Virus record (IMG/VR): IMGVR_UViG_3300042380_000133
Coordinates: 1-26,032 of that record
DNA length: 26,032 bases
Source: a virus
Taxonomy: Duplodnaviria; Caudoviricetes
Reading direction: 5' to 3' (one strand)
How positions within the stretch are numbered: the stretch's first letter is position 1; every line of letters starts with the position of its first letter. This document shows, one piece after another, positions 9,001 through 15,663 of this stretch. The notes under the pieces were generated by a model. It had not been told where the DNA came from. It was given only the letters and a program-made list of their open reading frames with translations, and made no database searches. The translations under genes and the position numbers were made by a program.

Positions 9001-10538
9001 TGCTTGGCGTCCGACTCCTGCGCCATCATCATGGCCTCGGTGACGAACCCGGTTCCGCGCATCACCTCGGCGCGGTCTCGCAGGAATCGCGCCGCCTTCG
9101 GAACGGAGCCAACAGCCTGAACGCCGCCTCCCATGAGGATTCCCGCGTACGAGCCGACCTTGAACGAATGGCGGACATTGTCTGCGAGATACAGCCCAGT
9201 CGGTCCGGCCTCGGCGTCGAAGAACTTGCTGTCAACGGTCCAGAAGTCGTTGTTGCGCTCGAACCACCAGTTCTTTCCGTATTCGACTCCCTCGGCCACC
9301 TGAGTTCCGACCAGAGCGCCAACCTCTTCCGCGCCTTCAGTCAGTCCTCCGCCGACGACGGCCGTCGCTCCCTTTGCGACACCGAGCAGGCCACGGCGTC
9401 GGTTCATGCTGTCGGCAAGGCCGTTCAGCAGGTCGCGAACACTCTGGGGTCCGCGCCGGATCTTGGCGTTGCCCTTGCCGAGTCCGAACTTGATCAAGCC
9501 GACCTGCGCCGTGTCGCCCGCAAACTCGGAACCGACCTCGAATGCGGCGTGGATTCCTCCCCATGTTTCCAGTTCGCCGAGCGTGGGGACGGGAGGAGGC
9601 TCGATGCCGAGTTGCTCTGCAAGAGCCGCCTGCTCCTCGTAGATGCTGTAACGCTCCTGCTTGGCGCTTCCGTATGCGCTGATTCCAAACGGTGCCATTG
9701 CGACCGCTCGCACAGCCTTGTTCGGTGCAAGCATCGACGGGACGCTCATCGGAATCGATGCGAGCGCCTGACCGACATTTCCAGCCTCCTCTGTGAGGAT
9801 TGCTCCAGCACGGACTCCGGCAATGTCGATCGCCGGAGGACCGACACGCTCGGATGCCATCACGGGCTTGCCAACCGGGCCAGCAATCTCTTCCGCGTAA
9901 CCCGGAGAGATTCCCTCTCCTGTGGTCATATACCGAGCAAACTCGGCGCCCTTCTGCTGTGCCTGCTTCATTCCGGCCATCTGCTGCATGACGCGCGCAG
10001 ACCCGCCTTCGGAATCCCACATCGCGCCGTTCGGGCCATAGGTGTCCCACAGAGAGTATCCGCCAGCGGCAAGAGACCCAGCCATACCTTCGAGGCCGAC
10101 GAGTGCGTTGCCGAGGAACGAATCAATCACAGGCTTGGCAACGCCACGGTCCTGTGCCTGCTTCCACTCGTCCCACTTGATGGGCTTCAGACCCTTGGTG
10201 AACTGGTCCGCTCGAAGGCGCGCAAACTCGTCGGCATTGACACGGTCCTGCTCGTCTCCACCGTGATCCAACTGGTATGCGCCGCCGAGACTGGCAGCAT
10301 CGGCTTCGTTCTCAATGAAGCGGACGCCCTTCATACCCTTAGCCAGAATGCCCTTCAGGCTCATCTGGTACGCATAGTCCCATGCGCGGTCAGTCGCTCC
10401 GTCAGAAGCAGAAGAGATCGCATCCGATGCTTCCTGCGAATCGAGACGGATGCCACGGCTGAGAAGATCGGACTTGGCCCGATCGATCTCCTGCTGGCGA
10501 AACTGCTCGATGTTCGTGATGGGAGGCGTATTCATCAT
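1..10538 (-). CDS. Giant large-polyvalent-type protein, putative virion internal/ejection protein, at least 3512 aa, 3' end outside the window. Zincin HExxH, HDxxGH domain, two ART-like domains, HhH glycosylase-like domain, LPD38-type C-terminal module
   Basis: ATGATG at 10538 preceded by GAGGA (10541-10545), next to the upstream gene's TGA. No ORF-track entry terminates in this frame between 1 and 10538, and the segments I translated by hand are open (MMNTPPITNIEQFRQQ...FTNNAFRFVTTGLGNPAFAPVN). Motifs: HETRH 7965-7979, HDIFGH 6261-6278, MYHGT 5844-5858, LGIDNKVVGFAALVAGKDDISVNDR 3423-3497, WWHGT 1986-2000, YVPLRG near 590-607. It is the last and largest gene after the nozzle and small ejection genes. 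Confidence 0.9.
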   Translation of the reverse strand, partial: MMNTPPITNIEQFRQQEIDRAKSDLLSRGIRLDSQEASDAISSASDGATDRAWDYAYQMSLKGILAKGMKGVRFIENEADAASLGGAYQLDHGGDEQDRVNADEFARLRADQFTKGLKPIKWDEWKQAQDRGVAKPVIDSFLGNALVGLEGMAGSLAAGGYSLWDTYGPNGAMWDSEGGSARVMQQMAGMKQAQQKGAEFARYMTTGEGISPGYAEEIAGPVGKPVMASERVGPPAIDIAGVRAGAILTEEAGNVGQALASIPMSVPSMLAPNKAVRAVAMAPFGISAYGSAKQERYSIYEEQAALAEQLGIEPPPVPTLGELETWGGIHAAFEVGSEFAGDTAQVGLIKFGLGKGNAKIRRGPQSVRDLLNGLADSMNRRRGLLGVAKGATAVVGGGLTEGAEEVGALVGTQVAEGVEYGKNWWFERNNDFWTVDSKFFDAEAGPTGLYLADNVRHSFKVGSYAGILMGGGVQAVGSVPKAARFLRDRAEVMRGTGFVTEAMMMAQESDAKQRLLSQSVQTSGTTVTRNATEAWQRNAMPTRGSVMAMAHVEEMANGNRMVMFVDQADVDVTLTPEVKERMERVGISTKHIGVVNGKRVYAPVGAVQQAEDSINQGEISALVGSPFNNSGNLLAGMAVLKNAAGQIVEYYPYSNPSDMTAAEPEIRETARRRGLTLSIVNDGSRERFADIEAQLRRQMDADAVAAGKPLKEQKALPRGQKSRGIRALRTDIQAGAARSGKKSDPFSSPYLTKDEIGDATNGDVRVTVSLSEVASDAMSDGERNLIRSTGQQATILDGKVVFSIKQKDGTVKTIEKAPMMDGAYVSQASPDGVFLVRENGTAMTARSAFAISMHETRHRTLSRSPAGARFLARLLQIDPVYAMRGGASYMRRFGAANGITALEGMNDAQVIAYYRGLHEAANALLAGVATTEQQQQVEQAGGYDAARSQVRRFSEESVTTTANRAMGQATQMAAEWDGIYKDAQERSLRSFTRWMANVLVRNGFAGPEAQQALYEIQQRLRGVREEEIKIHRRFSDRVSESVKKDMDEIARKEAARATMQQAGVATAPAPSATPSTGVSTPPAPPAPPAGGVSPSLRDGAGGIPVAPVGGDDDKRKISNAISTIESMTADPQASGLAASALGALAEVVPYLTSTLAQVSSGVTAPQRAPLGRRQIPEQMRDVAQPAAQPVSETAQQIEDTARRQRNAQQAMAIIRGEAPTEPVDLGTVARIERARSLYQTPEEEISYSLPDRPGRQAPNEDIRSLRNEFMRSRGIEPEQRIEDTYPQIDEEFAKKVADWLENTPANYEDPEMLRAYDQFAQETVDQYEFLREQGYEMIPWAGKGEPYANSADMVDDVRKNKRIFYYKSVNPEESSSFGSDPAAMQELLQRNPLLQEAGGTVDDSNGDPYTQTVNDIFRAVHDIFGHASEGYQFGPRGEEGAYRSHAVMFSPLARRAMGTETRAQNSWVNYGPNRRNPDGSVWGERDPRYKKWLAGFKDGKNFGPQKPLAMPDELLSLYSQREGDQAQMSLRPVAQEDMAPAMKVWSRGSTVVDESGSLIPMYHGTDADFDTFRASEGGSYGPGIYLATDYGRAGRYAGEGFGSKVIPLVANIKNPLVVDAGIGEQYIRKALDVLGKEFNDFQQDEYGDINPAVHQALRDAGFDGVHVKGENGYDAIGRSRGDFWVAFDPNQVKGYFNANPSASDNRMMYSQRAETPAQKARKTSAAQRRQEAKIAREKAAAQKKAAEKRGKIVRKVAQTGAAPAISVSTAPTAAPMINPNIIVGSVSNDPDFSQDKAYQRAHERILDTATSKEFALKVVSLLDTIPGISPLASKNIKTVLGNYNGVTERTMRIEIPGLSHEQSVQVANLIGSLLLQEAVIVTSEATEGTARAEQGHAVAFLKEDGSALDQKVLAEVLSDAGFGLGGASEIPGNAGVVSVFTNRPNNPVTKAQFVRAASDIAKKHGLVIEEAKVRSTYSKIGDADVLGRKRSRNGKVRKVLDAESIVAAWSPWIDAAAVVVEEYRDEGFDINIEGWVGEVAGSEAATVVDELVRRLADRAARNANGLDARLNQRYDGNIQNIEPGAKIPAKTNKDNYGASVNALDAILERHPKPFESVESASRFFVDLFGSRTIPLLPTAFIESVRNGFERMKRDLSLIEDGGRLTGKMVDEAIHGMEMAAKLRALYAAGKALPKHTVALAMWGFMSRGVSPQIQESLFLDLVNYTNKSGRGLGYFVDIAMSGAWSTTVHNKEWENWVSEMFEELAFVDIDALINPETGELSEKNGSPGSGAKHNANAFGRNFLANISRVVTVGGVTLSGLQHFHNAMADPKVTGRALRRIFNALGGSLGIDNKVVGFAALVAGKDDISVNDRVRINDHYNRDGRIPNIYDGFTSGYEILREGQVVGETYIPAQFPTDLSSREEYEAYYEQEQAKAEASVKNLLAKDPEAAAAEFAAATAEAKRKASVIRKIKKDTKVPAEIRQRLIEQENADIPIPDLEQIDDKKKRLAILNAAIKRWAKSSIEIVPIKIAGLATLFNGVRGLALYEAAENTINPADVFSALAKKRPDILKYISHGLEHWMNWVGASGQEASHKTLDGLIEMINNGQSQIADIFAKEGRYDTYMYGSEYGYVRDESGRLKPEYRYTVKDKTYRFEPKRYAEFITSVVDFDYAAEFNAKEKARAKAAKLPAPKSVKFSVTKDSSTGQERKTPWTQDALVGQNGLDAIEKFAQQFSSGTMMSLREDPLAFTNAYKTVLKIVGRPSLVTRGETEEETISRVLAEKPWLRHRVDMLRLFAARNVAPTNHDEIHEAWKRMVRGQWAKPSHPNFVKYWDKDNALNGIQPNDIWWHGTLHEYTRPDPNQKSSSQFGWHCGNFHQASTFVSPELYPAETTPRVMFPCYVRSSKPMEIDDKTTWYLEQIVNAMIRFGHTDRDSATEFLTRMYEEVDVEGIHIPTLVEDGLAGVANPVFAGTGYGGVNPRNRDFPAIRITMLREFIESLGFDSIRYQNFAEGRTASPFMVPREEYGKILFDPVSEGRFSEEQRQWNNDRQNRMASYWQWKAVNEGASDREIMEAQKALVGDNSSLIIWKAGQVKSASATDVGFDTKNMDILASLRIEPPAVVTAYSHIWSDNVPAMMSMREGVQGVRDEFVLNRIDKYDELRRYGEQFERASGLALPDMANPYLGVRTLTGRLGAVQRQAEFEYSSILRDMAENGIEMEDMDEFLIAQHAINGGNAYIATINPAMPDGGTGMTTADANTVISRHLASGQFATMNRIADDWRQMLRAGLLLRRDSGLITHEMYNTLTTRYSHYVPLRGAPGRPFDENFEDWDSGEVFGRGLSTQGRGMPNRLGRRSMAEGVTSQVGMVHEDTISRVARNEVAQRFLRLTLMVNDPGMAEVVRPMVRQVRPVYGMAPGGGRIRLREEVQEVLDPNWTSDPRNFGVYVDAPITINGHDYEHGSLVIIRINNRRLADAISTPDPSLTAFEETLRFTNNAFRFVTTGLGNPAFAPVN
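1194..2070 (-). other. ADP-ribosyltransferase-like domain 2 within the giant ORF (ART-PolyVal-like)
   Basis: DIWWHGT...QFGWHCGNFHQA...VMFPCYVRSSKPMEI...LGFDSIRYQNFAEG...SSLIIWKAGQVKSAS...GFDTKNMDILASLR follows the HGT / P.YL...P / G.D.I.Y.N..E / ..F.P.QIKS motif series of polyvalent-protein ARTs. Confidence 0.7.
2330..4300 (-). other. HhH-GPD DNA glycosylase-like domain within the giant ORF (boundaries approximate)
   Basis: LGIDNKVVGFAALVAGKDDISVNDR has the HhH hairpin with Lys (3480-3482) and Asp (3426-3428) 18 residues apart, as in E. coli EndoIII K120/D138. Upstream WGFMSRGVSPQIQESLFLD and downstream GLEHWMNWV helices. Confidence 0.55.
5403..5925 (-). other. ADP-ribosyltransferase-like domain 1 within the giant ORF (ART-PolyVal-like)
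   Basis: STVVDESGSLIPMYHGTDADFDTF...GSYGPGIYLATD...AGRYA...KVIPLVANIKNPL...LRDAGFDGV...FWVAFDPNQVKGYFN...DNRMMYSQR is a close match to the typical ART-PolyVal signature. Confidence 0.85.
5995..6760 (-). other. Uncharacterised putative metal-binding domain (HDxxGH...GEE) within the giant ORF
   Basis: VNDIFRAVHDIFGHASEGYQFGPRGEEGAYRSHAVMFSPLARRAMGTETRAQNSWVNYGP...FGPQK: motif-dense globular segment bounded by linker motifs. Confidence 0.55.
7640..8250 (-). other. Zincin-like metallopeptidase domain (HExxH) within the giant ORF
   Basis: Beta-strand-like DGAYVS...GVFLVREN, then AFAISMHETRH (HExxH at 7965-7979), and a downstream FSEESV (EE at 7671-7676) that could supply the third ligand. Confidence 0.6.
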
Positions 10539-10543
10539 GTTCC

Positions 10544-11749
10544 TCAGATGTCTTCCAGACCGGACGGTGCGGGGACTGCGGTCGGCTGCGCGGCCTGCGG
10601 CTGCATGGGCTGCGCCTGCTGCGCCGATGCATTTGCGGCGTTGGACATGACCAACTGCTGCATCATCATGTCAATGCTCTGCGGGCTGGAGTAGTCCCAT
10701 TTCAGGGCGCGGGACGCCCAAGCATCCAGACGAGTCAGGTACTCGCGGAACTTGGCGACCTCGGCGGGGTTGACCTTGACCTGCGCGTTCGGGTTGAACG
10801 CCGGAGGATCCTGCCACGAGACGCTCTCGGGCCAGACGCCGCTGTAGGCCGCGAGGTGCCGGAGCATGTCGAACTGCGAGAGCGGGCCGATGTCGGCTCC
10901 CTGCATGGCCGTGATGTCGAGGAACCCAACAGGCTGGCCGTTGATCTCCGGAGACGCCTTGAACCCCTTCGGGGGCATCAGCGATCGGTAGTTCTGCAAG
11001 GCGTATGCAGAGACCTTCTTGCGCTGATCCGGATCCTTCGACAGTTCAGACACGCGCTTCTGGATGGGCGTGGTCTTAATCGGATCTCCGTATCCGTTCG
11101 GGTTCGGCTCGTATACCGTCGATTCCAGCATCGACTCGACGGACGAGACCGCAGAGTCTTGCAACAGCGATCCGAGCCTGTTCGACTGGGACCGACCGTT
11201 GTCCTTCGCCATCGATGCCAGCAGGTCCGATGTCTCGCGCATCGCAAGACCGGGATCGGTGTCGGCGATGGTCATCAGCAGATTGCCAAGTTGCGGAGGA
11301 ACGCTCGGCGCCGACGCAAGAATCCGCTGGATTCCCTGCTTCGCGCGGTCGCGCTCGATGTCGAACATCATCTGCTGCTTGACCTGCTCGCGCGTACGGT
11401 TGCGCTGCGTCAGCAGGGCCATCCATTGATCGTGGCGGATCGGTACATCGGCGCCGTTGATCTTGATAGCCGGGGTGCCGTCCTCGAAGAACCCGAGATC
11501 GAAGGTCTCCATGCCGACAGGATCACCGTCCACGATCCCCGACATCGTGAGATCGAAGTCGTTGACATTGGACGCTCGCCCCTTCGAGTCATTGGCAAGG
11601 CGCCTCGCGAACGCCTCGGCATCGGACATCTGGGACGAGACATTGGCCGGGGAAGGACCGCTGGGCTGCTGGGGTATGTACGACCCTCCGGATACAGCCT
11701 CTGCGGAAACAGGCTCTGGAACCTGCTGCTCGGTCGTCCCGTCGATCAT
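10544..11749 (-). CDS. Putative internal virion/ejection protein, 401 aa
   Basis: ATGA overlap with the upstream gene. Helical Gln/Met-rich protein with Pro/Gln-rich termini, directly before the giant ORF. Function inferred from synteny only. Confidence 0.6.
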   Translation of the reverse strand: MIDGTTEQQVPEPVSAEAVSGGSYIPQQPSGPSPANVSSQMSDAEAFARRLANDSKGRASNVNDFDLTMSGIVDGDPVGMETFDLGFFEDGTPAIKINGADVPIRHDQWMALLTQRNRTREQVKQQMMFDIERDRAKQGIQRILASAPSVPPQLGNLLMTIADTDPGLAMRETSDLLASMAKDNGRSQSNRLGSLLQDSAVSSVESMLESTVYEPNPNGYGDPIKTTPIQKRVSELSKDPDQRKKVSAYALQNYRSLMPPKGFKASPEINGQPVGFLDITAMQGADIGPLSQFDMLRHLAAYSGVWPESVSWQDPPAFNPNAQVKVNPAEVAKFREYLTRLDAWASRALKWDYSSPQSIDMMMQQLVMSNAANASAQQAQPMQPQAAQPTAVPAPSGLEDI

Positions 11750-12444
11750 CGCCCACTCTCCTCTGAGTCATACCAAGTCTGCGTGTAGCGATCAAAGTTT
11801 CTGCCCGTGCGCTTTGCCTTCTTCGGCTGCTGTTCCTTGAACGACGGGTCTACCTTCCCCATCGGCGTGTATTCGGTCGGCTGTCCGCGATACGGATCGG
11901 CAACATCGAACTCCTCGCGGTCAAGCGCCGGATCCGGAGCGTCATCGTACACATTGACAGGAGACCTTCCGCTCGTTGTCTCGACATACTTGCCGAGGGT
12001 CTTCCACCAGTCCTGTTGCCAAGGCGACTCGGAAACAGCCTTGGCATCACGCATGGCGTCGGCAATCGACTTGAACTGACCACGGCTTTCCTTCTCGCGA
12101 GCCTGCTGGCGCTTGTAGAGCGTCTCCTCGGTTTCGAGTTGCTGCTCGGACTCGGCCTTGCGCTCGCGCTCCCTCATCGCCTCGATGCGCCCCTCGCGGT
12201 CCTTCATGGACTGTTCGGCGCGCTCCTCGCGGTCGGCCAGCGCCTTCTCGGCACGGTCCAAATCCTCAAGACGCTGCTTGCGCTCTTCGGCTCGCATGTC
12301 GCGGGTCATGCCGCTCGCGATCGTCGCCTCCAACGCAGCACCAGCGCCAGCGAACGGATTGTTCGGGTCGTACGCTTGGAAGCCGCGACCGATTCCGAGT
12401 CCGATGTCGCGGAGTTGGTCGCGTGAGAAAAGTGGCTTATCCAT
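11746..12444 (-). CDS. Putative internal virion/ejection protein, coiled coil, 232 aa
   Basis: N-terminal Gly-rich segment (DIGLGIGRGF...NPFAGAGAAL) followed by an E/R/K-rich coiled coil. Overlaps both neighbours; syntenic with podovirus ejection genes. Confidence 0.6.
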   Translation of the reverse strand: MDKPLFSRDQLRDIGLGIGRGFQAYDPNNPFAGAGAALEATIASGMTRDMRAEERKQRLEDLDRAEKALADREERAEQSMKDREGRIEAMRERERKAESEQQLETEETLYKRQQAREKESRGQFKSIADAMRDAKAVSESPWQQDWWKTLGKYVETTSGRSPVNVYDDAPDPALDREEFDVADPYRGQPTEYTPMGKVDPSFKEQQPKKAKRTGRNFDRYTQTWYDSEESGR

Positions 12445-13393
12445 AGTTCATCCCGTAGTTGAGGAACGATCCCTGTCCTCCGAAGTACTGCTGCGCTGCT
12501 CCGGCATATGAACCGGGCGCAGCCATTTGCGATGCCGGGTTGACATTCTGCATGGAACTCATTGCGCCAGTTCCCGCACCAGCCGCAGCACCTCCGAGTC
12601 CGGCACCGAGGAACGCTCCGCCGATGGAACCCATCGCGCTTCCCGCAGCGTTCAGGCCAGCACCCGCAAGTTGAGCCGCCTGACCTTGGAACTGCACGGC
12701 AGCCGAGACGCCCTGACCGCGCAGGCCAAACTCCGCAGCAATTCCCTGCTGTCGGTACATCGCAAGGTTCGTCGAGTAGGTCTGGTACATGTTCGACAGC
12801 GTGTTCGCCTGCTGCTGGCTGAGAGCAGACAGACCGGAACCCATCTGTGTCGAAAGCGTGGACATGCCAGCGGCGCGCTGCGCTTCGAGATTCGAGAGTC
12901 CCGCTGCATACTGCTCGCGGATCGCGCCTTCCTGAAGAGCGCCTTGAATCCCGATGCCCTCGACGCGGGCAGCACCGAAAGAAGACTGGCCGAGTCCGGT
13001 GAACGCATTGCGGGCAGTCGCGGCCTGCTGCTGGCGAGCGACGGTCTGGCGCAGCATCGCGATGCTCGATTCACGGCCAGTCCGGTACTCGCCAAGAGCG
13101 CGCTCCATCCCCGTCGCGTACTCGGATCGAGCCTGCTCGAAGTACCGAGAGAAGTCCTCGCGAGTGCGAGCCATCTCCTCGCGGTACAGCGCCATGTTCT
13201 TGTCGCGGTCTTCCTTGAACTTGCCCATCGCGCCACGGAATCTGGTCTTGTATTGACCAGCGAGATCCTCGAACTCGGCAAGTGCAACCTGACCAGCCTG
13301 CTCAAGAGCAGAGCGTCGCGCCTTTGAACCAATAGCGGACGCCGTAGCGCCTGCTCCGATGAGACCGATTCCGATTGCGGCGAATACTGCCAT
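12437..13393 (-). CDS. Putative DNA ejection/pilot protein (positional analogue of P22 gp7 / T7 gp14), 318 aa
   Basis: Hydrophobic Gly/Ala-rich N-terminus (MAVFAAIGIGLIGAGATASAIG), central Gln/Ala coiled coil with ARNAFTGLGQSSFG, Gly-rich hydrophobic C-terminal segment. TAATG coupling to the nozzle gene. Confidence 0.7.
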   Translation of the reverse strand: MAVFAAIGIGLIGAGATASAIGSKARRSALEQAGQVALAEFEDLAGQYKTRFRGAMGKFKEDRDKNMALYREEMARTREDFSRYFEQARSEYATGMERALGEYRTGRESSIAMLRQTVARQQQAATARNAFTGLGQSSFGAARVEGIGIQGALQEGAIREQYAAGLSNLEAQRAAGMSTLSTQMGSGLSALSQQQANTLSNMYQTYSTNLAMYRQQGIAAEFGLRGQGVSAAVQFQGQAAQLAGAGLNAAGSAMGSIGGAFLGAGLGGAAAGAGTGAMSSMQNVNPASQMAAPGSYAGAAQQYFGGQGSFLNYGMNYG

Positions 13394-15663
13394 TACGAAC
13401 CTCCCCTACTCTTGCCGACCTGAGCAAGCACCGCAGACATCCGCTCGACGGACCAAGGACGGCCATCTGCGGCGACCGTCATAAACATGGCCTCTGACCT
13501 GATCCTGCACCGCTTTGCGTTGTTGCGGCCCGGATCGAGTTGGCCGATCTCGAACACCTGCGATGTCGGGAACGACGCGCCAGAGATGTTCGCATTGTCC
13601 GGATCTCGGCCAATCGGGTTCTGGATGTTGCTGACCATCAGGCTGTTCAGCCCGTCCTCGTCGGCGACGACCTGCTTGTACTCGACCTCGTAGACCGTGG
13701 GGCCAGTACTGATGATCCGCTCGATCGTCCAAGCATCCGGAGTCAGCGCGGTGTCGTACCGGATGATGAAGTCTCCCGGTCCGTCGTACACGCGGGACGA
13801 GCCGCTGGCGAAGATGTCGTTCTGCTGGTATTCGCCGAACGGACGGATCGCAAACCGACCATCGATCCTGTTTGTTGGCGAGGAAGACGACGCTCCGCCT
13901 CCGTCATACAGAGGACTCGCCGGAGCAAGTTGCGCGCTTCCGCAGGCGATCTCGATGGCATTGATGTTGATCGCGTACAAGGCATCGGTCTGAAGACCTA
14001 CGGCCGACTGGGCCGTTTCTCCGGTCGAGACAATGATGACGGGCTTCTGGCTGTAGTCGGTGTACGGAAACTCGTACTTGTCATCCGCCATGTCCACGCG
14101 GATCTCGTTCAGCATGAGCCTGTACGGCAGAGGAGCGATGAACGGGCCGACCGTGAGGCTGGAGCGGACAAACTGCGCCCGCTGCTTCTCCTCGGTCATC
14201 TCCTCCTCGTTCGTCCAGCCATCGATGCCGACAGGAATGGCACGATCAAGGATGGATATCGACTGGAGTCCGCCCATGAATAGCCGCCCGCTGGCCGTAC
14301 GGCTCGGACCCGTGTACACGGCGGTTGTCGGCGCGTAGCAGAGCGGATCGCTGAACCTCTGGGGCCAGAACGAGTTTGTCTTCCCGTCGTAGTACAGGTG
14401 GACGCTTGCCTCTTCGATTCCTGACACCGAGAGAAAGATCCAAACACCTTCGCGATCTGGATCCCAGCAAAGGCACGGGAAGATCGACCCTGTGGACTGC
14501 CCGCCAATAAGCGCCGAAACGGTTCCTGCAACTTCGATGGATTCCGGGATGGACTCGACAATGGATCCCTGATCGACGATCTCTGTCGGAGATCCGCTTC
14601 CGGATCCCACTCCACGCAGAGTTCCTCCGGCCAAGATTCCGGATCCTCCGGTGGCAGGTGTGCCGAAGTCAAGCCGAAGGAAGAACGAGTCGAGTTTCCC
14701 TGCGGAGATCCGGTTTGCGCGGTTGAAGTTGAAGTCGTTGGCCTGCAAGTAGTACAAGCCGTCGTTCGCCAGTATGTACGCGCTCTTCTCCTGACCAAAG
14801 CACCATGCGCGCCTTCCGGCGATGCCGATGCTGTTGGTCAGGCTGACCATCTGCACCTCTCCGCCGCTCGTTTCGAACAGCGGATCTCCGGTGAGGAACG
14901 CAAACGAGTTCGTGCAGGCGAACATCAGCCCGCTCTGCGCGAACGGGAAGATCGCAACGATCGGGTCACCAAGCGTTCCGTACTCCGCCGATACGGCTGC
15001 ACCAACTGCTCCGATGACTTCAGATGCATCCCACCCGTCATTGCCTGAACCTGTCGCTGCAACCAAGTCCGGGGCGCAGGCATACCACACATTCGGAGTC
15101 TGCTTGAACCCGCTGAGAACGACGCGGGCGCCCCATCGGCAGATCAGGGTTGCACGGTTTCCGCTTGGGCTGGATGCCGGATCAAGGTGATACGGACCCT
15201 TGTGCGTTCCTGTAGGACTTCCCCAGATGCTCGCTCCTGTCGTCGTGTCCGTCAGAAGCACCTTGACATACGAGATGCCATCCACGAAGTAGAAGTACTC
15301 GTTGAACTGGACACCCTCGACAAGGCCAGTCGTCGCAAGCAGCGCGGAAGACTGTCCGGGATACAGGTTCGCCGTTGCAGGGAGCGACGAGTTCGGATCG
15401 CTCCAGTACACCTTGCCGCCGCGCACGAAGATGATGCGCTCGACGAGCGTTCCTCCGATGTACGCGCGGAATGTGTCCATGAACTGGACATCGCCGAGGT
15501 TGTACTGAAGGATCCCGTTCCTAGTTCCGATCCTCGTCCGTCCGTTCCACACATCGGACGGCATCACATTCAGGCAGGACAGCGTCGTTCCGGGCGGCAC
15601 CTGACTGAAGGCGCTCTGCTCGACGAACCCGCCGAATGGAAGTTGGATCTGGATGTGCGTCAT
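13393..15663 (-). CDS. Tail nozzle / packaged-DNA stabilisation protein (P22 gp10 / T7 gp12-like), about 756 aa
   Basis: Start moved to ATG 15663 (ATGA overlap with the fibre stop). N-terminal LPFGG...P......CLNV...RIGTRNG pattern, beta-rich repeats (GDPIVAIFPF; NSIGIAGRRAWC; AYILANDGLYYL), size and position fit a podovirus nozzle. Confidence 0.75.
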   Translation of the reverse strand: MTHIQIQLPFGGFVEQSAFSQVPPGTTLSCLNVMPSDVWNGRTRIGTRNGILQYNLGDVQFMDTFRAYIGGTLVERIIFVRGGKVYWSDPNSSLPATANLYPGQSSALLATTGLVEGVQFNEYFYFVDGISYVKVLLTDTTTGASIWGSPTGTHKGPYHLDPASSPSGNRATLICRWGARVVLSGFKQTPNVWYACAPDLVAATGSGNDGWDASEVIGAVGAAVSAEYGTLGDPIVAIFPFAQSGLMFACTNSFAFLTGDPLFETSGGEVQMVSLTNSIGIAGRRAWCFGQEKSAYILANDGLYYLQANDFNFNRANRISAGKLDSFFLRLDFGTPATGGSGILAGGTLRGVGSGSGSPTEIVDQGSIVESIPESIEVAGTVSALIGGQSTGSIFPCLCWDPDREGVWIFLSVSGIEEASVHLYYDGKTNSFWPQRFSDPLCYAPTTAVYTGPSRTASGRLFMGGLQSISILDRAIPVGIDGWTNEEEMTEEKQRAQFVRSSLTVGPFIAPLPYRLMLNEIRVDMADDKYEFPYTDYSQKPVIIVSTGETAQSAVGLQTDALYAININAIEIACGSAQLAPASPLYDGGGASSSSPTNRIDGRFAIRPFGEYQQNDIFASGSSRVYDGPGDFIIRYDTALTPDAWTIERIISTGPTVYEVEYKQVVADEDGLNSLMVSNIQNPIGRDPDNANISGASFPTSQVFEIGQLDPGRNNAKRCRIRSEAMFMTVAADGRPWSVERMSAVLAQVGKSRGGS

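Noticed and set aside
1-10538. Virion RNA polymerase (N4 or crAss type) as the identity of the giant ORF
   Set aside because: In the parts I translated I found no DxDGD or T7-like polymerase motifs. The recognisable motifs point to a polyvalent protein. The unseen C-terminus cannot be assessed.
165-10694. Long plus-strand ORFs (165-1127, 2760-4136, 4851-5732, 6204-8204, 8340-10694)
   Set aside because: They are antisense shadows in register with the giant minus-strand gene. They are Arg/Leu/Val/His-rich with no recognisable motifs, which is expected from GC-rich codon usage.
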